A stretch of DNA of 64,000 nucleotides, taken from NCBI GenBank assembly GCA_963850905.1, contig CAWKMU010000003.1, positions 1,056,001 through 1,120,000 of the forward strand, given 5' to 3'. How positions within the stretch are numbered: position 1 is the first letter of the stretch; each line of letters begins with the position of its first letter. This DNA is from an uncultured Gemmatimonadales bacterium. GTDB taxonomy: Bacteria; Gemmatimonadota; Gemmatimonadetes; Gemmatimonadales; Gemmatimonadaceae. Shown in pieces: positions 19,591-30,258 of the stretch. A program made the translations under genes and the position numbers. The notes below the pieces were generated by a model. That model saw only the letters and a list, made by a program, of their open reading frames with translations, had not been told where the DNA came from and searched no databases.

Positions 19591-20505
19591 ATGGATATCG
19601 TGACTCAACCGATAGCGGTGCCGGCCGACGATCGTCGGCTACGTCCCCACGAGGTGCTGACGGCGACGTACCTCGTGGTGACCGGACTCTTGGGAGCCGT
19701 GTTCGGCTCGTTGTCCGACTGGTGGCCAGTGATCGCGACCCACGCGGTTGCGGTGGCGGTGATTGTGTTTGTGATCCCGCGGTTGCCGCCACGCCGATGG
19801 ATCGATGCCCTACGCGACTGGTTGCCGGTGCTGGCGCTGCCGCTCCTGTACGCGGAAGTCGGTCGTCTCGACCGGCTGATCAGCACGGGCTACCACGACG
19901 GGACAATCTCCGCAGTTGACCAGGCGCTCTTCGGCCGACCGGGAATCGCGTTGCGCGAATATCTGCCCTGGGGGCCGTTCGTCGAGTACCTGCATTTCAG
20001 CTACGTCGCGTACTACGTGTTGCTTCCCCTGCTCGGAGGCGCGCTCTATCTGCGAGGGCGTCGTCGGGAGTTTCGATATGTGCTCGCCGTGGTTCTTGGC
20101 ACGTTCTATGTCTGTTACGTCTGCTTCATCCTGTTCCCCGTAGCCGGCCCGTGGTACCGCCGCCCCCACCCCTCGTATGCGCACATGAATCTGTTCTTCC
20201 CTGGGGTCGTGCAGCAGGTGCTCGAGCATTGGGCATCGAAAGGTGCGGCCTTCCCCAGCTCCCACGTCGCCGTGGCGGTTGTGATCTGGCTCCTGGCCTG
20301 GCGCCTGGCGCGTCGCGTGTTCTGGTTGCTCGCGCTGATCGTCCCCGCTCTGGCCCTGGGCACAGTCTACGGTGGCTTTCACTACACCATCGATGCAGGC
20401 GCCGGGTTGCTCGTCGGGATTGCGGGCTATTTGGTCGGTCCGCGCATTGTTCGGTGGCTAGGAGGGCATGCGCCGGGTGATCCGGAGCTGGGGGTGGGGG
20501 ACTAA
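19591..20505 (+). CDS. PAP2 superfamily membrane protein (PAP2_3/Aur1-like)
   Basis: FPVAGP, AAFPSSHVA and GFHYTID motifs with multiple TM helices. The true start may be GTG 19600. Confidence 0.82.
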   Translation: MDIVTQPIAVPADDRRLRPHEVLTATYLVVTGLLGAVFGSLSDWWPVIATHAVAVAVIVFVIPRLPPRRWIDALRDWLPVLALPLLYAEVGRLDRLISTGYHDGTISAVDQALFGRPGIALREYLPWGPFVEYLHFSYVAYYVLLPLLGGALYLRGRRREFRYVLAVVLGTFYVCYVCFILFPVAGPWYRRPHPSYAHMNLFFPGVVQQVLEHWASKGAAFPSSHVAVAVVIWLLAWRLARRVFWLLALIVPALALGTVYGGFHYTIDAGAGLLVGIAGYLVGPRIVRWLGGHAPGDPELGVGD

Positions 20506-20561
20506 GAAGGCGGGTGACGGGTTTCGGGTCTGGGGAACAGCGATCGCGGCGGACAACGACC

Positions 20562-20699
20562 GGCGGGCTGAAGCTCGCCCCTACATGTCGGCCTGGGCGA
20601 CAAATGCCGCAGCGCACTACTGACCTTTCCGTTGCGCGTCGGCGAATTCGATTCTGACACTGTCCGCAGCAACATGTAGGGGCGGCCTTCAGGCCGCCC
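20562..20699. repeat. Composite palindrome A2 (REP pair; reverse complement of A1), with degenerate heptamer arms about 20510-20535 and 20727-20750
   Basis: ggcgggctgaagctcgcccctacatgtcggc ... cactgtccgcagcaacatgtaggggcggccttcaggccgccc. Confidence 0.9.
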
Positions 20700-20842
20700 T
20701 TTGTGTCGTTGCGGTTGTCGTCTCTCATCCCGCGGCCCCTGATCCCTAACGCCGCCGTTCAGAAGACACCCGTTCCCTCGCGTGCCCGCTACCCGTCCTT
20801 CTAAACGGGTAGTGCCGCGCCCGTACAGTTCAGCCGCAGCTT

Positions 20843-23131
20843 ATGTCCCTCCCTCCCTTCGAGATGATCACCGGCGACGCCGCGACCACCGAGTGGCTTC
20901 GGCGGTCCGACCGCGCGCGTGTCTGGGCGTTGGCCACCTTCCTCGGCCTGACGTTGCTGATCTCGGCCGGACGCGAGCGCGCGGAAGCTGCCACGTTCAT
21001 TTCGCTGGGATTGTGGCTGGGGACCGCCGTCGTCGCCGAGCGCGTGTTGCGTCATCGTCGAAACGGCGACCGCCCGCGGGCTGTGCTGTTGGCAGCGGAC
21101 ATCGCCTGGATCACCGTGATCCTGCACTTGACGGGCGTCGCCCAACGCAGCGGGGTCGCCGCGTACATGTTCATCGTTGCGATCGCCGCGGGAGCACTGT
21201 CGCCGAGCGTGGCGATATGGGTTACCGGGTGGGCCGTGGCCGCCTACGGCGCGCTTCTCGCCACCACGGCGAGCCCGTACCTGCAACCCGATCCATTTGG
21301 GGAAGGGCCGGGCGTCGTCCTGCCACCCTCGGCCCGCATCGCCGCGTGGATCTTGGGATCGGCGGCGTTGATCGCCTTCGCCTACCTGATGCGGACGCTC
21401 GTCTCACTCCTCGCGCGAGGCGATGCCCGCCACCGTCTGTTGTTCTGGGCGAGCCCTCGTCCCATGTACGTCTACGAAACGGAATCGCTTCGGTTCCTCG
21501 CAGTCAACGACGCGACGGTGCGAGAGTACGGGTACACCCGCGATGAGTTGCTCGCGGTGACCGTCGCGGATATCAGCGTTCCGGAGGACGGCGATCCGGC
21601 ACACGCTGCCGTCGCGGCTCCTGGCCCGCACAAACACGCTGGCACCTGGCGTCATCGACGGCACGATGGATCGCTCCTCGACGTCGAAATCACGTCACAT
21701 CCGATCTCGGTCGATGGACGCGATGCCCGGCTGGTGATCGTCACCGATGTGACCGAGCGAACCCGGCTCGAAGCGCGCCTCCGGCACACGCAGCGCCTCG
21801 AGGCACTGGGACGTCTCGCCGGCGGCGTCGCGCACGAGTTCAACAATCTGCTGGCGGCGGTGCTGGGCCACGCCGAGCTGCTCGCGGGCACATTGCCGCC
21901 AAGCGCGGAAGGGCGAGAGAACGCGGACGAGATCATGCGCGCTGCACGACGCGGGGGTGATCTGACTCGACATATGCTGGCGTTCGGCCGCCGCCAACTG
22001 CTGCGGCCGGAGGTGGTCAACGTCAGCAGTGTCGTGCGAGACATGGAGCGACTCCTCCGCCCGCTGCTTGCGGCGGATATGCGCGTGGCGCTCGCACTGC
22101 CCGAGCCCTGTTGGGCGCGTGTCGATCGCAGCCAACTCGAGCTCGTGATCATGAACCTCGCCGTCAACGCGCGCGATGCGATGCCTCGGGGTGGCGCTCT
22201 CGCAATGGAAACCACGCTGGTCGCGTTGGGAGCGGCAGATGGGAAGCGCCATCCGAACGTCGCACTGTCTCCGGGGCGCTATGTCCGGCTCTCCATCAGT
22301 GACACCGGCATGGGCATCGCCCCCGAAGTCCGCGAGCGGATCTTCGAGCCATTCTTCACGACGAAGCCCGTTGGCAAGGGAACCGGGCTCGGTCTCTCCA
22401 CGGTCTACGGGATCATCAAACAGTCCGAGGGATACATCTGGGTGTACAGTGAGATGGGGCACGGGACGACAATGCACGTCTATCTCCCCGCGGCGCCGCC
22501 TCCGGAAGAGAACTCCGGGATCGACATCAAGGCCGTCGACGAGTCAGAAGCCGCCTCGGTGGGCAGCGCCGACGGCAGCGGTCGCTCGGACTCGGACCGC
22601 CGGGCTGTGAGGCCCGCCCGCGATGGTGCGCACCACGTTGAAAGACGACCGGTGCCTTCAGCGAGTTCCTCGTTACCGGCGATGGTGCTGGTGGTTGAAG
22701 ACGAGGACGCGTTGCGGACGATGGCCGTCCGCGTCCTCCACGACGCAGGCTACCGCGTGATCGCCGCAGAGTCGGAGGAGCGGGCGCTCGCGCTTGCGAG
22801 TGAGGACGAGATCGACGTCCTGCTCACGGATGTCATCATGCCAGGTATCGGCGGGATTGTGCTGGCCGACCGCATTCGGGACATGCACGCGGGCGTGCGG
22901 GTCGTGTACATGTCGGGGTACCCGCGCGCGCACCTCATCTCGAACGGCCAGCTCGACGAGGCGTACGCCTTTGTCGCGAAGCCATTCATGGCGAGCGAGC
23001 TGCGCGAAGCGGTCGACAACGCGGCCGCTGGACCAGCTACCGATCGTATCTCACGAGGGACGTCTCGCCGTCGTGAGCCAGGATCCGGAGGATCGCGTGC
23101 GAGCGCACCTCGATCCAAAAGCGCTCCGTAA
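20843..23131 (+). CDS. Membrane PAS-domain hybrid sensor histidine kinase/response regulator
   Basis: N-terminal TM helices, PAS domain, H-box [12 protein letters not shown]-box [24 protein letters not shown], and a receiver domain ([16 protein letters not shown]). Confidence 0.92.
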   Translation: MSLPPFEMITGDAATTEWLRRSDRARVWALATFLGLTLLISAGRERAEAATFISLGLWLGTAVVAERVLRHRRNGDRPRAVLLAADIAWITVILHLTGVAQRSGVAAYMFIVAIAAGALSPSVAIWVTGWAVAAYGALLATTASPYLQPDPFGEGPGVVLPPSARIAAWILGSAALIAFAYLMRTLVSLLARGDARHRLLFWASPRPMYVYETESLRFLAVNDATVREYGYTRDELLAVTVADISVPEDGDPAHAAVAAPGPHKHAGTWRHRRHDGSLLDVEITSHPISVDGRDARLVIVTDVTERTRLEARLRHTQRLEALGRLAGGVAHEFNNLLAAVLGHAELLAGTLPPSAEGRENADEIMRAARRGGDLTRHMLAFGRRQLLRPEVVNVSSVVRDMERLLRPLLAADMRVALALPEPCWARVDRSQLELVIMNLAVNARDAMPRGGALAMETTLVALGAADGKRHPNVALSPGRYVRLSISDTGMGIAPEVRERIFEPFFTTKPVGKGTGLGLSTVYGIIKQSEGYIWVYSEMGHGTTMHVYLPAAPPPEENSGIDIKAVDESEAASVGSADGSGRSDSDRRAVRPARDGAHHVERRPVPSASSSLPAMVLVVEDEDALRTMAVRVLHDAGYRVIAAESEERALALASEDEIDVLLTDVIMPGIGGIVLADRIRDMHAGVRVVYMSGYPRAHLISNGQLDEAYAFVAKPFMASELREAVDNAAAGPATDRISRGTSRRREPGSGGSRASAPRSKSAP

Positions 23132-23897
23132 TCCCACCAGGGAAATCGGCCCCAACCAGCCAACAGTCGGTTGAGCGTCCGGCGCGTGTCGTGATGCGTT
23201 CCTGCCCCAGGACGCGCACCGGCAGCGGACCCCCGTAATCATCTGCCGGGAAGTAGATCGGCAATGATGCGTGGAACCCGGGTGCTAGGGGGAGCGCGCG
23301 CAACAGTAGATCGATCGCGCCCGAGCTGTACATCGTGTCGGCCAGCGGCGCCGCGAAGTAGTGCGGTGGCCGGCCCGGTGCCGAGTCGACCCCGAGGAGG
23401 TGCGCCCCGGTGTACAGCAGGATCACGACCTGACCCGCATCCAGCTCGGCCCGCTGGCGGAGCGGCAACAGGGAGGTTGCATCGACTTGGGTTGTAGTGC
23501 GCGCGACGATCCCCACCGTGTCGCGCTCTTCAAAAGACACTTCCAATACCGTCCGTCCACCGGCAAGCGTCCGGCGACGCATCGTCTCGATGGTCATGCC
23601 GACGACAGGTCCATCGCCGGATTCGAGGCTCGATACCGGATGGACCTCGCCGGCGCGTGACATGAGCATGGTGTCCGTGCCGGGTTGCAGCCAACTCGCG
23701 TCGAGGAGCCGGTTGCGCGTGGTGGCGACCGCGGGGCCAGCTTCGGCGGCGACATCGGAGCCACTACTACCCGGCTGACCAGGTGCGACAGTTTGGCAGG
23801 CGCCGACGAGTCCGGCGGTGGCTACGAGAATGACCGGCACGGCAGAGTCGGCGCATTGGCGGGCCCGGGGAAGCGGCTCTGGGGCGCGCGGTACCAT
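23037..23897 (-). CDS. Hypothetical lipoprotein (DUF3108-like beta-rich C-terminus)
   Basis: Hydrophobic stretch ending LVGAC; LLLRALPLAPG and VLGQERITTRAG...CWLV patterns. Start uncertain. Confidence 0.55.
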   Translation of the reverse strand: MVPRAPEPLPRARQCADSAVPVILVATAGLVGACQTVAPGQPGSSGSDVAAEAGPAVATTRNRLLDASWLQPGTDTMLMSRAGEVHPVSSLESGDGPVVGMTIETMRRRTLAGGRTVLEVSFEERDTVGIVARTTTQVDATSLLPLRQRAELDAGQVVILLYTGAHLLGVDSAPGRPPHYFAAPLADTMYSSGAIDLLLRALPLAPGFHASLPIYFPADDYGGPLPVRVLGQERITTRAGRSTDCWLVGADFPGGITERFWIEVRSHAILRILAHDGETSLVRYDR

Positions 23898-24012
23898 GTG
23901 CGCCGGTGTCGAGAGATAGACGACGAGCCGGTTTGGGCGGTAATTATTCATCTGCTGTTTTCCCCGTCCCGGTCGTTCGCCTACCTTCGCCCCACTACCG
24001 ACCCTTCCGTTC

Positions 24013-24657
24013 ATGCCATCCGATCTCCTCGCGCGGTGCCGCGCGATAGCCACCAGCACGTGGAGTGACGCCCTCGACCAACTCGGCATCCCCGGCGTCG
24101 CCGCGGCCCTCGCGATCCGCAGCGGCAGCGGCTCCATCGCGGGCACTGCCGTCACGGTTCGAGAGGTGCCGGGCGAGCTGGGCGCCTATCCGCCGACCGC
24201 GTTCAAGCCAAGCGCGTTTCTCGAGGCCGCGGGTACGCACTCCGTGATCGTCATCGACATCGGCGGCGCGGCGATCTCGAGCTGTGGCGGACTCGTCGCA
24301 CAGGCCGCCACACAGCAAGGCGTCGCCGCCATCGTGATCGACGGCGGCTGCCGAGATCTGGCGGATGTGCGGGCCACCGGCCTCTGGGTCGCGAGCCGGC
24401 ACGTCACGCCAACGTCGGGACGCGGACGCGTGCGCATCGACGCCATCAACGTGCCCGTCATGCTCGACGGCATCCCCGTCATGCCGGGCGACTACGTCGT
24501 GGGGGACGAGACCGGCGTGGTGTGCATCCCGTCCGCACGCGTTGCAGACGCGCTCGCGATCGCGGAAGAGTTGACTGTCAAGGATACGCGGTTTGCGGAT
24601 GCGCTCCGCGAGGGCCATACGTTCGCCGCGGCGTCTGCGCACCTCAGGCACGTGTGA
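24013..24657 (+). CDS. RraA / HMG-aldolase family protein
   Basis: SDALD, IAGTAVTV, GGLVA, IDGGCRD and PGDYVVGDETGVVCIP motifs. Confidence 0.88.
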   Translation: MPSDLLARCRAIATSTWSDALDQLGIPGVAAALAIRSGSGSIAGTAVTVREVPGELGAYPPTAFKPSAFLEAAGTHSVIVIDIGGAAISSCGGLVAQAATQQGVAAIVIDGGCRDLADVRATGLWVASRHVTPTSGRGRVRIDAINVPVMLDGIPVMPGDYVVGDETGVVCIPSARVADALAIAEELTVKDTRFADALREGHTFAAASAHLRHV

Positions 24658-26366
24658 TGGGCTCGCGGGATGAGGGGCAGGTAATGACCGGTGCTGGCGC
24701 CGAGGTCGTGGCGGCGCACGCGCACGCGCGCAGTACGTCCCGCCCTGTGCACCGAGCCCTCGGCGCGACCTGGGCGGACGCCGTCGTCGACGCGCTGGTG
24801 GCCATCGGCGTGCGCCGGCTGTTCGGTATGCCCGGCGGCGGCAGTAACTCCGATCTGATCCAGGCCGCAACACGGGCACGCCTGCCATTTTCTCTCGCCC
24901 ACACAGAGTCGGCGTCGGCCTTCATGGCCACGGCGCAAGCCGAGCTGAGCGGCGCCCCCGGAGCATGCCTTGCGACCTTGGGTCCTGGTGCTGCCTCGAT
25001 GGTCAATGGCGTCGCGAACGCGCACCTCGATCGTGTGCCGCTCATGGTGATCACGGATTGCCGCACCGAGGAGATGGCCGCGGTCATGGAACATCAGACG
25101 CTTTCCCACGGCGCCATTTTCTCATCGATGGTGAAATGGAGCGGCCGTCCGACGCCGGCGACTGGCGTTCGAGCGCTGCAGGCGGCGTTGGACTCTGTCA
25201 CGACCCCACCCTCGGGTCCCGTGCATCTCGATCTCGCCGTCGAGTTCACCTCCGCCGCGGTCAGCGACAGCGATCGCGAAATCCGACCGGCCCCTCGTCC
25301 CACCCGGACACTCGACCCGCTCCCCGCTGATATCGCGCACCTGCTCCGGAGCGCGCGCCGGCCTGTCCTGCTGATTGGCCTGGGCGCGCGCTCTCCCACG
25401 CTGGCTTCGCACCTCCGTGAACTCGCATCGCGTGTCGGAATACCTGCGCTAGTGACCTACAAGGCGAAGGGTGTCGTGCCCGATCGGCACCCGTGGTTTG
25501 CCGGCGTCTTGACGAACGGCGCACTGGAGCGCGAGGTCCTCGAGCGCGCCGATGTATTCCTGGCCGTCGGGCTCGACCCGGTGGAACTCCTACCGCGACC
25601 CTGGCGGTGTGCGCAGCCCATCGTGGCGATCAATGAGTGGGCGCTGCATCAGCAGCAGCTGCCGCTTCGTCACGAGATCGTCGGTGAGCTCGGCCGTGGT
25701 CTCGCCATGGTCGATGCGCAGTTGAGCACGCCCAGTGACTGGGATTCGACCGAGGTCGGCCAGCTGGCCGAGAGTCAGAGGGCGTGTATGCGGCAGGGCG
25801 ACGCACCGGGCCTTCTGCCGCACCGCGTTGTGGATCTCGTCGCGGATGCCTATCCCACGGCGCGTATCACGGTCGACGCGGGCGCCCACATGTTCCCGGT
25901 GATGTCGTTGTGGCCGGCGAGTGAGCCAATGGGCGTGCTCATCTCCAACGGACTTGCCACGATGGGCTTCGCTGTGCCGGCCGCAATCGGCGCCGCTCTC
26001 CTCGATCGCGGTCGTCCGACCATCGCGCTGACCGGCGACGGCGGGCTCCTCATGTGCGTGGCCGAGCTCCTGACGGCGGCTCGCGAACGCTTGCCCATCC
26101 GCGTCATCGTCTTCGACGATGCGGCGCTCAGCCTGATCAAGGTCAAGCAGGAACAGCGGGGATACGAACCCAACGGTGTCATGATGGGGCGCACCGACTG
26201 GCGAGCCGTCGGAGCCGGCTTCGGTGTGACGGTGCGTGAGGCGGACAACGAGACGACTCTGGTCGAGGCGCTCGCGCAGACGAAGGCCGACCCCGGCCCG
26301 GTCTTGATCGCGGCACGAGTCGCGGCGGAGACGTACGGAGCGACGATGCGGGCGCTGCGCGGGTGA
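24657..26366 (+). CDS. Thiamine pyrophosphate-dependent enzyme (acetolactate synthase-like)
   Basis: FGMPGGG, HTESASAFMA, TLGPGA, SNGLATMGFAVPAAIGA and the TPP motif GDGG. TGATG coupling with RraA (alternative start 24684). Confidence 0.88.
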   Translation: MGSRDEGQVMTGAGAEVVAAHAHARSTSRPVHRALGATWADAVVDALVAIGVRRLFGMPGGGSNSDLIQAATRARLPFSLAHTESASAFMATAQAELSGAPGACLATLGPGAASMVNGVANAHLDRVPLMVITDCRTEEMAAVMEHQTLSHGAIFSSMVKWSGRPTPATGVRALQAALDSVTTPPSGPVHLDLAVEFTSAAVSDSDREIRPAPRPTRTLDPLPADIAHLLRSARRPVLLIGLGARSPTLASHLRELASRVGIPALVTYKAKGVVPDRHPWFAGVLTNGALEREVLERADVFLAVGLDPVELLPRPWRCAQPIVAINEWALHQQQLPLRHEIVGELGRGLAMVDAQLSTPSDWDSTEVGQLAESQRACMRQGDAPGLLPHRVVDLVADAYPTARITVDAGAHMFPVMSLWPASEPMGVLISNGLATMGFAVPAAIGAALLDRGRPTIALTGDGGLLMCVAELLTAARERLPIRVIVFDDAALSLIKVKQEQRGYEPNGVMMGRTDWRAVGAGFGVTVREADNETTLVEALAQTKADPGPVLIAARVAAETYGATMRALRG

Positions 26367-27814
26367 GCGCCGTCGGTGACGCACTCGGACGGGGGGTGTC
26401 GATGAAGGCGACGCACCCCGATTTGGTCACGCAACGGCTGGCCGACATGCTGGCAGCGGCGACGATCGCGGACCTGCCCGCGGCGGTACAGGAGCACGTG
26501 CATCGTGCCACCGTGGACTGGATCGGTTGCGCGATCGCCGGCGCCGTCGAGCCGCCGGCTCGCATGTGTCAGCGTCTCGTGGCGGGCCTTGGCGAGTCGA
26601 GCGAGGCGACGGTGATCGCTGCCGGGCGTGCGTCTGCTGCCGGGGCGGCACTCGCCAACGGCGTCGCGGCGCACATGCTCGAGCTGGACGACATTCACAA
26701 AGGCTCGACCGTGCATGCGGCGGCGCCAGTGATCTCCGCGGCGCTGGCCGTGTCCGAACGCGAGCACGTCGAGGGGTCTCGGTTTACGCTCGCGGTGGCG
26801 CTTGGGTATGAAGCCGCCTTGCGCATCGGTGAAGCGGTCAATCCGAGCCACTACCGCTATTGGCATCCGACGGGAACGGTGGGGACGTTCGGCGCGGCCG
26901 CGGCCGCGGGCGCAATCCTGGGTCTCACGGCGGTCCAGATGCGCGACGCTCTCGGCGCTGCCGGCACGCAGGCGGCGGGTCTCTGGGAGTTCAACGCCGA
27001 CGGCGCCATGAGCAAGCATCTGCATCCCGGCAAGGCCGCGCTGAACGGCGTCGTTGGTGCCGACCTCGCCCGGATGGGGTTCACCGGCGCGACCCGCATC
27101 CTCGAAGGCCCACGCGGCTTCTTCGCGGCGACGACCGAAGCCTACGACGCGAGCCGGATCACCGACGGTCTCGGTGAGCGATGGAAGATCACCGAGAACG
27201 GCTACAAAATGCATTCCTGCTGCGCGCACACGCACACGGCCATCGACGCAGCGATGAGCCTGCGTGCGGATCCGCGCTTTCCAGGGGATGCCCCGATCGG
27301 CATCGCCGCCATCGAGATCGAGACGTACGGTCCGGGGTTCGCTATCGTGCAGGAGCCGCACCCCCGCACCCCCTATCAAGCGAAGTTCAGCCTGGCCTAC
27401 GTCGTCGCAACCGCGCTGCTCGAGGGGCGTGTGATGCTCGATCAGTTCGCGGAGAGCCGCTTCACGCCGGACGGGGTCCGGGACGTGGCGACTCGATCGC
27501 TCCTCGCGCGCACGCGGATCACCGTGCGCGAGGATCTCACGGCGCGCTACCCCGGGGCCTGGTCCGCCCGCCTCGCGGTCACGCTGGACAGCGGCGTCGT
27601 TCTTCGGGTGGCCTGCGACCATCCCCGAGGGCATCCGGAAAATGCGGTCACGACGGCCGCGCTCGAAAGCAAGATGCACGACCTGGTGGCCTCGCGATTC
27701 GGGACCAGCGTCGCACGCCATGTCGCCGACGCCGTCGCGCAGATTCCCACGTCGACCGACATGGCCACGACGCTGCGCGACATCGTCCCGGTGACGAAGC
27801 CGAGTCGTGCATGA
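26363..27814 (+). CDS. MmgE/PrpD family protein
   Basis: ANGVAAHMLELDDIH, WHPTGTVG, KHLHPG, ILEGPRGF, KMHSCC and AKFSLAY motifs. Confidence 0.9.
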   Translation: MSAVGDALGRGVSMKATHPDLVTQRLADMLAAATIADLPAAVQEHVHRATVDWIGCAIAGAVEPPARMCQRLVAGLGESSEATVIAAGRASAAGAALANGVAAHMLELDDIHKGSTVHAAAPVISAALAVSEREHVEGSRFTLAVALGYEAALRIGEAVNPSHYRYWHPTGTVGTFGAAAAAGAILGLTAVQMRDALGAAGTQAAGLWEFNADGAMSKHLHPGKAALNGVVGADLARMGFTGATRILEGPRGFFAATTEAYDASRITDGLGERWKITENGYKMHSCCAHTHTAIDAAMSLRADPRFPGDAPIGIAAIEIETYGPGFAIVQEPHPRTPYQAKFSLAYVVATALLEGRVMLDQFAESRFTPDGVRDVATRSLLARTRITVREDLTARYPGAWSARLAVTLDSGVVLRVACDHPRGHPENAVTTAALESKMHDLVASRFGTSVARHVADAVAQIPTSTDMATTLRDIVPVTKPSRA

Positions 27815-28992
27815 CCGAGCTGACGGCCGACATCAATCCGCGCGCGCAGCGCTTCGCAGAGTACCGCGAGGCGATCCGGGAGCTCTGCGGTCGGTTCGAC
27901 CGCGCGTACTGGATTCGCGTCGAACAGGAGGGCGCATACCCCGATGCCTTCGTGCGGGCGCTTACCGACGCCGGCTGGCTCGCGGCACTGATCCCGACCG
28001 AGTACGGGGGAGGCGGACTCGGTGTGACGGAGGCGTCCGTGATCCTCGAAGAGATCAACCGCTCGGGCGCGAATTCCGGAGCCTGCCACGCGCAGATGTA
28101 CATCATGGGCACGTTGCTGCGCCACGGGTCCGATCAACAGAAGCAACACTATTTGCCGCGGATCGCCTCCGGCGAGTGGCGGTTGCAGTCATTTGCGGTG
28201 ACAGAGCCGACGACCGGGACGGACACGACGCAGATCAAGACCGTCGCGACGCGACAGGGTGATCACTACATCGTGCGCGGTCAGAAGGTGTGGATCTCGC
28301 GCGTCCAGCACTCGGATCTCATGCTGTTGCTGGCCCGGACCACGCCTTTAGCGGAGGTCAAGAAGCGGACCGACGGGCTGTCCGTGTTTCTCGTCGATCT
28401 GCATGATGCGGCGAGCCGTGGCCTGGTGGTGCGCCCGATCGCGAACATGGTCAACCATGAGACCAACGAGGTCTTCTTCGAGGATTTCGCCGTCCCTGCC
28501 GCGAACCTGATCGGCGTCGAGGGGGCCGGTTTTCGCTACATCCTCGATGGCATGAATGCCGAGCGCATCCTCATTGCCGCAGAGTGCATCGGAGACGGCT
28601 ACTGGTTCGTGGAGAAGGCGCGCCGCTACGCGTCGGAGCGTGTTGTATTCGGCCGGCCGATCGGTCAGAACCAAGGCGTCCAGTTTCCCATCGCGCGTGC
28701 ATACGCCAACGTGCGCGCCGCCGACCTGATGCGGTACGAGGCGGCCGCGCTGTTCGACGCGGGGGAGCGCTGCGGAGCCGAGGCGAACATGGCGAAGCTG
28801 CTGGCCGCGGACGCATCCTGGGAGGCGGCAAACGTGTGCCTACAGACGCACGGTGGATTCGGGTTTGCGGCCGAATACGAAGTCGAGCGAAAGTTTCGCG
28901 AGACGCGCCTGTATCAAGTCGCGCCGGTCTCGACCAACCTGATCCTGTCGTATCTCGCCGAGCACGTGCTCGGCTTGCCGAGATCGTTCTGA
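27811..28992 (+). CDS. Acyl-CoA dehydrogenase
   Basis: IPTEYGGGGLG, SGACHAQMY, FAVTEPTTGTD, GQKVWISR, QTHGGFGF and RETRLYQVAP motifs. ATGA overlap with the upstream gene. Confidence 0.93.
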   Translation: MTELTADINPRAQRFAEYREAIRELCGRFDRAYWIRVEQEGAYPDAFVRALTDAGWLAALIPTEYGGGGLGVTEASVILEEINRSGANSGACHAQMYIMGTLLRHGSDQQKQHYLPRIASGEWRLQSFAVTEPTTGTDTTQIKTVATRQGDHYIVRGQKVWISRVQHSDLMLLLARTTPLAEVKKRTDGLSVFLVDLHDAASRGLVVRPIANMVNHETNEVFFEDFAVPAANLIGVEGAGFRYILDGMNAERILIAAECIGDGYWFVEKARRYASERVVFGRPIGQNQGVQFPIARAYANVRAADLMRYEAAALFDAGERCGAEANMAKLLAADASWEAANVCLQTHGGFGFAAEYEVERKFRETRLYQVAPVSTNLILSYLAEHVLGLPRSF

Positions 28993-30227
28993 TGGCCCGT
29001 GCGCCTCGGAAGCGATCGGCGGCGCGCACGCGGGCCGCGACAGGTCACGGTGCCAGTCGACGGGGGCCGTCGGCGCACGAGACGGAGGGAGTCGATTTAC
29101 CACTGAGCGGCGTGCGTGTCGTCGCACTGGAGCAGGCGGTCGCGGCGCCGTTCTGCACACGGCAGCTCGCGGACCTCGGTGCGGACGTGGTGAAGGTCGA
29201 GCGGCCCGACGGCGGCGACCTCGCGCGCGCATACGACAGCGCCATTCGCGGTCAATCGGCGTACTTCGTCTGGCTGAACCGGGGCAAGCGCAGCGTGGTG
29301 CTCGACCTCAAGCGCAAGGACGCGCGCGCAATCTGCGATCGACTCATCGACCGCGCGGATGTGCTGGTCCACAACCTCACTCCCGGAGCGATCGATCGCC
29401 TGGGGTTCGGCTACGATGCGGTGTCGGCTCGGAATCCCGGCCTCATCTGGTGCGGCATCTCCGGGTACGGCCTCGATGGCCCGTTTCGCGAGAAGAAGGC
29501 CTATGACATGCTCGTCCAGGCCGAGTCGGGCGTTGTGGCGCTCACGGGCGTAGCGGACGCGCCGGTGAAGGTGGGGGTGTCAGTGGCGGACATCGCCGCA
29601 GGCCTCTACGCCTATTCGTCGATCCTCGCTGCACTCATTCAGCGACATCGAACCCGTCGTGGAGAGCGCATCGATATTTCGATGCTCGAGTGCTTGACCG
29701 AGTGGGTGAGCCCGCCCCTGTACGTGTGGCAGGGAACGGGGGCGGTTCCGATGCGCGCCGGACTGCGGCACAACATGATCGTGCCGTACGGTGCGTACCG
29801 GTGCGCTGATGGCGCCGTCATGCTGGCGGTGCAGACCGATCGTGAGTGGCGGCGATTCTGTGACCAGGTGCTTGCCGCCCCCGCGCTTGCGGAGGACCCG
29901 CGATTCGCCACCAACGCCCAGCGTCTCGCGCACCGTGCCACGCTCGAGCGGATCATCGATGACCATTTCGGCACCTCGACACGCGCCGCCATGGCGCTCG
30001 CGCTCGAACGTGCCGACATCCCCACCGGCGTCGTAAATGACGTGCCCGAGGTCGCGGCACATCCGCAGCTGGCGGCTCGCGGGCGATGGGCCACCGTGGC
30101 CACGCCAGGCGGGCCGATTCCCGCGCTTCGTCCGCCCCACAACCTCGGCGGTGCGCCTGCGCGCATGGGCAGCGTGCCTGCCCTCGGCGAGCACACGGAT
30201 GAGATTCTGAAAGAATTGGCTGGATGA
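28992..30227 (+). CDS. CaiB/BaiF family (class III) CoA-transferase
   Basis: EQAVAAPFCTRQLADLGADVVKVERP, LNRGKRS, KAYD, ADIAAG and PALGEHT motifs. Confidence 0.93.
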   Translation: MARAPRKRSAARTRAATGHGASRRGPSAHETEGVDLPLSGVRVVALEQAVAAPFCTRQLADLGADVVKVERPDGGDLARAYDSAIRGQSAYFVWLNRGKRSVVLDLKRKDARAICDRLIDRADVLVHNLTPGAIDRLGFGYDAVSARNPGLIWCGISGYGLDGPFREKKAYDMLVQAESGVVALTGVADAPVKVGVSVADIAAGLYAYSSILAALIQRHRTRRGERIDISMLECLTEWVSPPLYVWQGTGAVPMRAGLRHNMIVPYGAYRCADGAVMLAVQTDREWRRFCDQVLAAPALAEDPRFATNAQRLAHRATLERIIDDHFGTSTRAAMALALERADIPTGVVNDVPEVAAHPQLAARGRWATVATPGGPIPALRPPHNLGGAPARMGSVPALGEHTDEILKELAG

Positions 30228-30258
30228 CGCCCTCACCTCCAACCCTATCACTATTCCC

